Positions 1 to 9,948 of a DNA stretch of 64,000 nt are shown here, one piece after another. A program made the translations under genes and the position numbers. Location: NCBI GenBank assembly GCA_964247055.1, contig OZ176052.1, positions 5,642,001 through 5,706,000 on the forward strand. Direction: 5' to 3'. This DNA comes from Paragordius varius (Eukaryota > Animalia > Nematomorpha). Each line of letters opens with the position of its first letter. Positions within the stretch are counted from its first letter, which is position 1. Below the pieces are notes generated by a model, which was given only the letters and a program-made list of their open reading frames with translations, was not told the DNA's origin and made no database searches.

Positions 1-399
1 ATGAAAATAATGATATCTCATGAGAATACTTTGATTGTCGCTAAAATAAATTTATTCATATATACGAAAATGGGAGAAAATAAAAAATTTTGATATTATT
101 CAATTTTGGAATTTGGTGTTTTCATACACAAAAATATTTATAGTCAATAAATGTTTTGATAAATTGTTAATAAATATAAATTAATTGTCTATAAATAATA
201 TTTTCTAAACAAATATTAAATATATATACATACATACACATATCTATTTATATATATTATAAATAAACTCGCCCTTTAAAATGCAGATAAAAGTTGAGTA
301 TACATGAAATGATATATTAAAATGACCTTGAGTGACCGTATATTGATTGGATTTCACAAATTTAACAAGTGTGAGATTTGGGCAGATGAAAAGCTTATA

Positions 400-1376
400 C
401 TATGGGCCTGAGTTTTCAGAATTATTCGAATTTGGCGTGGTGGATGTAGGAAAAGAGTCAATTGTCTGCTTTCTGTTTTTATTATCCTTTTTTGAGAATT
501 TACGAGTTAAAGCCGGTGATTTTCGGGCTTCAAAACTACTTTTGCGAGATGAAGTACCAGATGTACAGGCAATTCCATTTTTATCCATATTGTTATTATA
601 ATTATGGTGACCATTAACTAGTCCATTACAAGTAGTGTTAGATTGGTGAGTCGAATTAGGGGGTGATGGTGTATGTAAATGTTCTGCATTTGTGCCATGT
701 TTAAGGGCCTCTTCAAGAGCCACGGGAGTAAGCCAATCTGGAGGCAAACTTTTTTCTAGGAAGGGTATACATGAACTAACATAGGCTAAGCGATTAACCC
801 AATTTGGGATAGATTTGCCACAAAGTATCTAAATAAATATATATGCATATATAATATGTGTATGAAAAATATTCATGGATATAGCATTGAAAATATAGTA
901 ACCTCTGCAAATGCGTTTGAGAAATGGTTACAATTTTTGTTGATTAAATGATATTTGTCGCCAGTATATTCTTTACCCATCATTTCTATAATGCTATCCA
1001 CATCTTCTGCAGTAAAATCAGTGGAGCCAATAAATATAGATTCCCTTTATTTTTAAAAATGGCAAACTTGAATTTAAAATGCTGTCCTAATTCGTGAATA
1101 TCTTTGGGATGTATGGCAAAAATACCTGAAATAGGAAAAGGATGTCCACCATATGCATATTCTTATTTTATTAAAAAATGTTACCAGAATCATGAACCTC
1201 TACACCGGTATGATAGACTCCGAATCCCATATTGTCTGTATAATCATTTATCCAAAACTAATTATTGAACAATAAATTACCATGTCATAAACATTTAAGT
1301 AAACCGGATAGCCAAACGGATTTTCTGTTTTCGGCGCAAGGCAAGGTAATTTTTTTATATTTAACCATGAAAACAT
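400..1376 (-). CDS. DESI2: DeSI-2 / PPPDE peptidase domain protein (desumoylating isopeptidase 2 family), 5 exons, 277 aa
   Basis: Hand-spliced exons 1376-1281, 1257-1185, 1161-1068, 1044-903 and 828-400 (834 nt, all GT-AG, phases 0/1/2/0). They give [12 protein letters not shown]...VYLNVYDM|[24 protein letters not shown]|[15 protein letters not shown]...FKFK|[10 protein letters not shown]...[17 protein letters not shown]|[16 protein letters not shown]...LPPDWLTP. This is colinear with the DESI2 family and keeps the catalytic His (YHTG) and Cys (NCNHF). The ORF track shows only part of the last exon. Confidence 0.95.
1045..1067 (-). other. 23-nt spliceosomal intron 3 of DESI2 (phase 2)
   Basis: GTTTGCCATTTTTAAAAATAAAG lies between FKFK and ESIFIG. 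Removal is needed to restore the frame. Confidence 0.9.
1162..1184 (-). other. 23-nt spliceosomal intron 2 of DESI2 (phase 1)
   Basis: GTAACATTTTTTAATAAAATAAG lies between VEVHDS and EYAYGGH. Removal is needed to restore the frame. Confidence 0.9.
1258..1280 (-). other. 23-nt spliceosomal intron 1 of DESI2 (phase 0)
   Basis: GTAATTTATTGTTCAATAATTAG lies between VYDM and FWINDY. Retention would shift the frame. Confidence 0.9.
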
Positions 1377-2322
1377 GTTAACTAATTCCACAATTCATGT
1401 TATCAAACATAAGTTAAGCCCTTGCATGCACGCTTTCAGCTGGCAGCAAATGCTGTTTATAATTTGGTTATGTTTGGTCAATTTTATTAACGCCAAACCT
1501 CCTCCAATCATTGTATGGCATGGCATGGGTGATACGTGTTGTAATCCTCTTACTACCGGATTTTTAATAAAAATTATTAATAAAACAATAGGACCCGTTG
1601 ATATTTATTCGGTTCAAATTGGAAATTCATTTGTTGAAGATTTTGAATCTGATTATTTTTCGGACGTCAATGACCAAATTGATTACGTTTGTAATTTAAT
1701 TAAAAATGATACTAAATATATCAAGGGATATAATTCCCTCGGGTTTTCTCAAGGAGCGCAATTTTTGCGCGGCTTAATACAAAGATGCCCTGTGCCCGCA
1801 ATCAATTTTGTTTCAATTGGAGGTCAGCATCAAGGTGTGTATGGATTACCAAAATGTCCAGGAAATGAACATTTATGTGATGATATTCGTCGCATTCTTA
1901 ATAAAATGGCATATGATACCTTTGTCCAAAAACGCCTAGTTCAATCACAATATTGGCATGACCCATTTAATGAGCAATTATACCGTAAAAAATCAAATTT
2001 TTTGGCTGACATAAATCAAGAACGTGGTTTTAATTCAATGTACAGAAAACAATTGCTGAATTTAAATAAAATGGTGTTGGTAAAATTTGCAAATGACACC
2101 ATTGTACAACCCAAAGAATCTGAATGGTTCGGATTTTACAAGGAAAATTCAACTACTGATGTTGCAGCCATGGAAGAAACAGACCTTTATAAAAATGATC
2201 TTTTAGGTCTCAAACAGTTGAAAGAAGCCGGCAAACTTGATTTAATATCCTATCCCGACGACCATGTTAGATTTAACATTGAATGGTTTATAAACTCCAT
2301 TGTATTAAAATATTTTTCTTAA
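1375..2322 (+). CDS. PPT1: Palmitoyl-protein thioesterase 1 (lysosomal), intronless CDS; true start probably ATG 1426 or 1450
   Basis: Family motifs IVWHGMGDTCCNP, nucleophile elbow GFSQG, GGQHQGVYGLPKC, LVQSQYWHDP, FLADINQE, ANDTIV (Asp), SEWFGFY and DDH (His). Hydrophobic signal peptide MLFIIWLCLVNFINA from 1450. Uninterrupted colinearity with the family. Confidence 0.97.
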   Translation: MLTNSTIHVIKHKLSPCMHAFSWQQMLFIIWLCLVNFINAKPPPIIVWHGMGDTCCNPLTTGFLIKIINKTIGPVDIYSVQIGNSFVEDFESDYFSDVNDQIDYVCNLIKNDTKYIKGYNSLGFSQGAQFLRGLIQRCPVPAINFVSIGGQHQGVYGLPKCPGNEHLCDDIRRILNKMAYDTFVQKRLVQSQYWHDPFNEQLYRKKSNFLADINQERGFNSMYRKQLLNLNKMVLVKFANDTIVQPKESEWFGFYKENSTTDVAAMEETDLYKNDLLGLKQLKEAGKLDLISYPDDHVRFNIEWFINSIVLKYFS

Positions 2323-2369
2323 TATTTTGGTAATAATATATAAACACATAGAATAATATATCTATTTCG

Positions 2370-2375
2370 AATAAA
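2370..2375 (+). promoter_or_regulatory. Probable polyadenylation signal of PPT1
   Basis: AATAAA 48 nt after the stop codon. Confidence 0.5.
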
Positions 2376-2508
2376 GAGATTTATTAATATGATTTGCTTT
2401 TAAGAGGAATATCCACCAAATGATTATATATATTTTCTATAAGCACGCTCCTTGTGATCTCAATTATGGGATACTCCCATCATGATACTTTAAGTAAATT
2501 AAAATATA

Positions 2509-2734
2509 CAGTCATGTATCCTTTATTTTATCAAAAATTTATTTTTTTTCGTTAAATGGGTATAAATATTTGGTAAAGAATGGAAAAAACAAGAACCCTA
2601 TGGTAAACAATATCATATTCATCAAAAAAATATAAGAAATACTACCATAGAGCTCTTGTTTCTTCCATTCTTTACCAAATATTTATACCCATTTAACGAA
2701 AAAATAAATTTTTGATAAAATAAAGGATAGACTG
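2509..2734. mobile_element. Tc1/mariner-type MITE (hairpin)
   Basis: TA|CAGTC...GACTG|TA termini. Inverted arms of about 95 bp, nearly identical, flank a short spacer. Confidence 0.8.
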
Positions 2735-4609
2735 TATATAATAATTAATGTTAAAATGATTTATTGTTAATATATATATATATTTAATTCCACTGATATA
2801 TTTTAACATGATTTTTAAGTTTTAGGCCCTTTATTACGTTAAAATACCCACTACTAGTTTGTAAGAAGATATACTAAACTTAATTTTTAAGATCTTAGAC
2901 CGGAAAGATATGAACATTAGCATGACCTAACTTGGTTCAGTTTGGGTTAATTGTACTGCTATTGATTGTAAAATGAAATTGTAACTGATGATATCAGCTA
3001 AATTTTTCAATAATATTGAAAATTTGGATTAAAAATGTAACTGTATCCCAATGTATATGCTTCGTAATAAGTATAAATAATTTATTTTTATTATTTTTTT
3101 GAAAAGGTATTTTCTTTCTCTGTTAATAAAATTTTAAATATAAGGATATGAATTACCATTTAAATGCAAATTTTTTATATTGGAAGCATCATGATTATCT
3201 TTATGAGATTGTATAAATTTAAGCTCTCCTTAAGATCGTCAATCAAGGCATCAATCCAGTTTTATCTAATTATATTAATAGCGCACTCTTGAAGTAGCGT
3301 TATTACTTGCGAAAGATAAAATATTAAATTGCATGACTTGAAAACTTGCCAGTCAAGTTAAAAAAAAATTATCACCCCACCCAATAATAAAAGTAAACTG
3401 TATGCGATAAAAATTCGGTAACTGCGCTTTCAAAACTAAAATTTACATTGTAGAAAAAAAGCTTTCATGTGATAATAAAAAAATTTTAGAATTAAGGGAA
3501 TTAAGTTAAGCAAAAAAACTTGATACGGACGTGATTAAAATCATATGATCAAGTAAAACTTGAAGATTTCGCAAGTGGGGTGTAGGGCACACTTGAGAGA
3601 TTTAAAAATATGGATAAAATTATTTAATATATAAATTAGTTTCGATATGTAATTGAAACCTTTGTTAATGTTATAAACTTCTTATTTAATATTTTTTGGC
3701 TAATCTATTCAAATCGGGTGAATACAATAGGATCAAATTTTTGGAAATGCTCTGTTATATATATTAAAATGCATGAAAGTATTCTAAGTTCATCGATCAG
3801 GTAAACCCCCACATTCGCGAAAATTACAGATGCATTAAATATGTATTTTTATAAAATTCAAAAAAACAATTAGTTTAGTTTGAACAAATTCCTGCCCTTC
3901 ATAAGCGGTTTCATATTATACCGAGCTGTTTTCCGCAGAATACAATACTTTATTTTAGAAACGTTTACAGCGTTGGCAACTGTATCCTTTTAAAGATTTT
4001 TTAGCAACACATTATTTAGGTCGCTATTCAATAAAAATAATTATTTAAATATTGATATAGTAGCCATACTTTTATAATACCTTAAATTACACGTTATGCA
4101 CCAAAAATGCTCTACTTATGAATCATATATCATTTGATATCAAAGCTTCAAGTCATAATCATAAAAAAGTAGTGCGATTGACTATGTAGAAAAAGAGTTA
4201 TTTAAATTTTTCAACTATTAGCCAAAATCAATAATCACATTCTTGTCGCAAATTAAGTCAAATAAAACTAAATACAACGGAGAAAAACGCGTAAGATAAA
4301 TTTTATTTATTAATATGTAGTATACATAAGGTGTCCAGACGTCCCGCTTTTTCACACTTTGTCCCGCGTCCCGCTACGTTTTTAAAATGTCCCGCTTTTT
4401 CACGATTATATAAAAAAAAATTTTTTTAATACAAATAAATTTTTTTTATCCGTTAAATTTTTTATCATTAAATATCTTTAAAATCTATATAAATTTTAAT
4501 TTTAAATTTTTTATTTTTAAATTAAAAATATTTATTTTTTTCGAAACTTATATCATATGATTATACACTTTCCTTCCTACTACTACTGTCATTATTATCA
4601 AAAAGCCAA

Positions 4610-4985
4610 GTTTATACCACAAATCTCTAGATTAAAAGACAAATTGATACCACAAATCGGTACCTTACACGTTTATTCCAGAAAATTAAGGTAATATAAT
4701 ATTTATTATACTAATATTTTAGTTTTATTACCTACCAACATTATTAAAAAGCCAAATTAATACCACAAATCGGTAGCTTAAAAGACAAATTGATACCACA
4801 AATCGGTACCTTACACGTTTATTCCAGTATACTAATATTTTAGTTTTATTACTTGCCAACATTATTAAAAATCCAAATTAATACCACAAATCGGTAGCTT
4901 AAAAGACAAATTGATACCACAAATCGGTACCTTACACGTTTATTCCAGAAAATTAAGGTAATATAATATTTATTATACTAATAGT
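4610..4985. repeat. Internal tandem duplications in the hAT 5' region
   Basis: About three copies of a module containing ATACCACAAATCGGTA...AAAGACAAATTGATACCACAAATCGGTACCTTACACGTTTATTCCAG. Confidence 0.8.
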
Positions 4986-4996
4986 AGTTTATAAAT

Positions 4997-6345
4997 ATGA
5001 GCACAAAAAGAGGTTGTAAATTCAACGATGAATTAATGAATGATTTTCCTTTTATCTAAAAAACGAGAATGAATCATCTGTTAAATGTCTTATATGCGAG
5101 GGGAAATTCACCCTAGCACATGGCGTCAAGCATGATATTACAAATAATATGGAAACACAGAAACATAAAAAATGTTTAGATATGGGGGCATCATCTTACA
5201 AAATGAGCGATTTTTTTCGAAAAACCGCTTTTGGAGAGGAAGAAAAGAATTTGGCACTAGCTGAGGGCGTGTTATCTTTTCACGCCGTTAATCACAATCA
5301 TTCCTTTAGATCTATGGACTGTACCTCACAGGTTATTCGCACCTTATTCAATAAAAAATTTACATGTACCCGTACAAGGGCTGAAGCCATTGAATGCAAT
5401 GTCCTTTCGCCACATGCATTTTCTGAAATACAAAAAGATTTACTGAAAATTAATTTCATATCGCTATACTTTGATGCATCTCACAAAGAATTATTTCCCA
5501 CTTTAATAAGATATTTTGATCCAGAAACTGGAGTAATTAAAATTTTAGATTTTATTTCGCTACCCGGTGTAAATTCCGACATAAGTTTTACTTCAATAAT
5601 GAATATTTTAGAAAATAATAATTTAAAAGGCAAAATCATCGCATATTGCGCTGATACCATTACGAACTTCGGTGGAAAAGCAAGGAGGGGAACAAAAAAT
5701 ATTTTTCATAAATTACTGATAATCTTAATCAAAACATTATTGGCGTTGGGTGTGCAGCGCATTTACACAACGCTATTCAAACAGCTATTGATTTGTTACT
5801 CTTAGATGTGGAAAATTTAGTTATTAAAATATAAATCATTTTTATATATACACGGTACGCGTTGAAACGCTTAAGGAATTCTGTGAAAATGCAGAAGTTC
5901 AATATCAAAAAATGCTTGGATATTGTAAAACTCGTTGGTTAGCTCTTCTGCCAGCTATCGAAAGAATTTAAAAAATGTATGATCCTTTAAAATCCTATTT
6001 TTTATCACAGGACAAATGTCCTACAACTTTGAAAAGTTTTTTGAAAGTGATTCTTCAAAAATATGGTTAGAGTCCCTACATAATCAAGCTTCTCTGTTTC
6101 AAAATGTTATTAAATTGATAGAGCGTTACAAAATTTCGGCAATTGAATTAGTCAATTAAGTTAGAATCTAATTGCAATGTCAAGAAAGGTTAGAAAATAA
6201 TTATATACTATTTAGCGCGTTTTTTTCACAGTAAATCAGGTGTGGACATCGGAAAAATCAAATTTAAATGTTGAACCTTTAAAGGCCGTTTTATCTGTCA
6301 AATATAATTTGACAAATTCTTGTGAATACTTCTACAATATATTTC
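4997..6345 (+). pseudogene. hAT-family transposase, disrupted by stops, frameshifts and deletions
   Basis: N-terminal BED-like finger VKCLICEGKFTLAHGVKHDI..METQKH. ORF 5149-5805 contains ISLYFDAS and IAYCADT (candidate catalytic Asp contexts), followed by GYCKTRWLALLPAIERI. Lies inside the hAT TIRs. Confidence 0.8.
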
Positions 6346-6394
6346 TTATATTTATAAAGTTTTTATGTTAAAAAATAAACAAAATTGCTTAAAA

Positions 6395-7195
6395 TATTGT
6401 ATAAGTCTTCATAATTTGTCAAATTATATTTGAACACATAAAATGGCTTTTATTCAACATTTAAATTTGATTCCGTGTTCTTACTTAATTTACTGTGGAA
6501 AAACGCGTTTAATAGCAGTGGTTCAGGTAAAGATAATGCAAATTCTACAATTAAAATATTATTGTATGGAACATAATTTGTTTAAAAATGATTATTTTAA
6601 CCATTTCTATCCTGCGTATTTTTTTCTATTGTCCATAATATAAGTTTTCATTCAATATATTAATTTAATAATGGGACTTCATAAAAAAGTGTCATATTCA
6701 CCGTCTTGTCTTCCAAATAATCGTTTCTGTTTCTATAAAACATTTTTATATTCTGGCTATTCATTGAGCCTTGTTTTTCTGGATGCTTTATAATATTCCG
6801 ATTAGGTAATGGTATAAAATTATTTTCTAACCTTTTTTGACTTTTTGACCTTTGTCCTGTGATAGAAAATAGGATTCTAGGAGATCACATTTTTATAAAT
6901 ATTTCAATCGCTGGCAAAAGAGTTAACCAACAGTTCTACAATATCCAAGCATTTTAACATCTATATCCACATCCAGGGGTAATAAATCAGTAGCTGTTTA
7001 AATAGCGTTGTCTATCTACCAATAATGTTTTGATTAAGATTATTCGTAAAAATATTTTTTGTGCCGCTTCTTGCATCACCCAGCGCACTATGTGATGATT
7101 TCGTCTTTATTATTTTTTTCTAGAATATTACAATCACTTCACCCTTTGTTCGTGCACTAAATTTATTGAATAAGGTACAAACAACCTGTACAAAG
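6395..7195 (-). pseudogene. Inverted, diverged copy of the same transposase (corresponds to ~5330-6345)
   Basis: The reverse complement aligns by eye with the forward copy in several blocks, for example ACAGGTT..ACCTTATTCAATAAA, ATCTTAATCAAAACATTATTGG, GCTTGGATATTGTA, ATCACAGGACAAA, AATCAAATTTAAATGTTGAA and AAATATAATTTGACAAATT. The two copies carry different deletions. Confidence 0.8.
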
Positions 7196-8106
7196 TTTTT
7201 TATAAAATGTATTTGTGTTAAAAATAAATAAATATTACAATAAATTTTTTGTATAAAAATTTTTGGTTGCACCCCCCAATGACCCCCCCCCCCTTTCTCA
7301 GATTTGTTCCGCTTTTTCCTTCAAAAAATCTGGTCACCTTAAGTATACATAATGACATTTTTAAGCGGAAAATATTATTGATGAAGTTTTTTATTTTAAA
7401 AGGTTTTTTTAGGGACTTACAGGTATGCTAAAAATTTGCACTTGGGCGTCAAATCCGAATCCAATAAACTTAGCATTAGGAAGATTTTAAATTTTTTTAA
7501 CTATTATGTTTTTGTTCTTGCCCTTACTATTAATAAAAAAGTAATTAACACTTTTGTGGTAAGTGCTCCATATCAGAAAATGGCATAATATGCGCACTTT
7601 TTTAGAATAAAATTTTTTTGGTAAAGCTAAATGTTTCACTCCAAAAAACATTAAATCAAACCAAACTACATATAAAAAACGAAATTTTTTAAAAAAGTAA
7701 ATTTAGATGTGGGAAGTGCCAGTTTTCTTAAAATAAAACCAATATTGCGAGAAAATATTAGATATATGCTAAATTATCAACCAAAAATATTTTTAGCAAA
7801 GATTTGTTGAGGCGTACTTCATGCTATTTTGAGGCATTATGGAAACGGTATAATAACGCTTTAATATTATATAAACATTTTTTCTATATTCGATATTGTG
7901 GAACATTTTTATCACCTCAGAATTTTGATTATAATATTCTTTCATCTTCGAATTCATGTTAAATATAAATTTTGTCTTTTAGAATAATTTACCAATAAGC
8001 AACCGAACCTTAAAATTAAAATTTGAAACGAGAGAAATGTTTGTCATTATCGAATAAATATGAAGTACAAGTTGAGTGGGTGACGACGAAGTGTTGTTAA
8101 ATAAGA

Positions 8107-8392
8107 TTCGTGTGTTAACGTCGTGTGAATAATGAAAGAAAATAAAAATAAATTTATATAGACTCAAATTTTCGCCCAATGGCATCATCAGGAGTTGTTA
8201 AAAGAAAAAACTTAAAATAAAGTATAACCAAGAAAAAAATATAAAATGAAATTAAATGTGAGACAAATCAATGCTCTTTATTTTAAGTTTTTTCTTTTAA
8301 CAACTCCTGATGATGCCATTGGGCGAAAATTTGAGTCTATAATAAATTTATTTTTATTTTCTTTCATTATTCACACGACGTTAACACACGAA
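8107..8392. repeat. Near-perfect palindrome (arms 8107-8222 and 8276-8392, 53-nt spacer)
   Basis: The arms are identical except for one 1-nt indel. Embedded in a copy of the dispersed foldback-like family. Confidence 0.9.
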
Positions 8393-8705
8393 AAATATGA
8401 AGTACGTTTCAACAAAATTTTAAATTAAATTTTGGAAAAATTATGCACTTTTTAAAATTATTTTTAGTTGATATAGTTCATAGCTTCTTAAACTTTTGTA
8501 GTTCCCGACCCCATTTATGATTGCGAGTTTCTTAACGACCCCAACATATATAAAAGAAAAATAATAGTTTCTTCGAAATAACACTCAGAAATTTTGTTGA
8601 TAATAATTATCAGGATTATTTTGGTTTTGAGAGATTGACAAAAATAAATCTACTTTTATAAATTTTTATAATATTTTCTCATTCATAGTAAATTTATACA
8701 TGATA

Positions 8706-9948
8706 CTAGCTGCTGTCAAGCTTCGGTGGTCTCACCGATAATTATTCTTTAATAAATATGCAATAAATAAAGTTAATGGAGATAAAAAAAATAATAAACA
8801 TATTTAATAAAAATAATGTCTTTAATTATTCTTTTATGGGTTTTTGCATAGGCTGAAATATTGTTTAGTCGAACTTGACCATATTTAATCTGTCCCTTAT
8901 TAAAGTTAATATTTAACTATCATGGGATTTTCGTTTTACGAAATCATGGATAAAAGTTCCAATTTGAAATTGTGTTCATACAGCTGGGATCATTGTATAT
9001 AAAAAGTAAATCATTTGTGGTCCCTTTTTTAGGAAAAAATGATATTATGCAGATTCCCCAGAAATGTGTTTATATGGCTTCTTAAGTTTTTTGAAAATTA
9101 GCTCCAAAACTACGCCACTATTTTATATGGCATCTCAGTTTTAAACCGGTAGACCCCTACACATAGTCCCATATGAAAAAAGCGCTGAGTTATCTTCTTT
9201 GTCTTCATAGGGCAAATATTTGGAATCATCTTTTATACCATCGTCTCATGGGTTATTCGAAAAATACTTCAACGCTAAATAATCGTTATATGATGGCGTT
9301 TTAGGACATAAAGGTCCAAAATTAACAGCTAATAAAAAAACCGACCTTAATTTTTACCTAATTACGAGTAATATTTCAAGCTTTTAATGAGCTCATATGG
9401 CTTCATAAATTATCCGTAAATTGGCTCCAAAACAACGCAATTTCTATATAGTGGCGCAGTTTTAGCGGTTACCTGTTTATCAGCAGCCAATATTAAAAAA
9501 CGCAAGACTAAAATTTTTGCCTTTTAACGGAGAACAACTCGAATCCTCAGTGAATTTTAACGGTCTCATACCCTGGGCAAAAAATTATTTAGTTTTTTTG
9601 AAAAAAAATGGCATTTTACGGGGGGAACGGGTAAAAAGAGAGCCTAAATTAAAAAAGTAGACCGACTAGTTTCGGCGCAATCGAAAATAAATAAAAATAA
9701 TCATATATGAAATCGAATGGTTCCGGAAAATTGTCTCGAAGACACGATTTTTCTGGATTTCTGTTTTTAAAAAACCCGTTTTTTATAGGGGGTGGGCCCG
9801 AACTGGGAGCCTAATTCAAAAAAGGGCGAAGCTATTGTCGGGGCATTCATTCATGATTATATTTTTTGACATTTGGATTTGAATGGGTCTACCGGTTTTC
9901 CGGAAACAGATTACAAAGCCAGCATTTTCCATTTTTTAAATATATAGA
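8706..9948 (-). mobile_element. Non-autonomous Helitron, copy A
   Basis: Minus-strand 5' A|TC at 9948 and 3' CTAG|T at 8706. Hairpin TCGGTG-GTCT-CACCGA at 8723-8738. The 5' ~900 bp are shared with copy B. Confidence 0.75.

Larger units (their letters stand above)
4327..7341 (+). mobile_element. hAT DNA transposon, 3015 bp, defective
   Basis: TIRs TAAGGTGTCCAGAC and ATCTGGTCACCTTA. Perfect 8-bp TSD AGTATACA at 4319-4326 and 7342-7349. Subterminal GTCCCGC repeats. Internal transposase remnant. Confidence 0.92.

Noticed and set aside
347-601. 84-aa plus-strand ORF
   Set aside because: It is the antisense shadow of DESI2 exon 5, has a non-ATG start and shows no recognisable motif.
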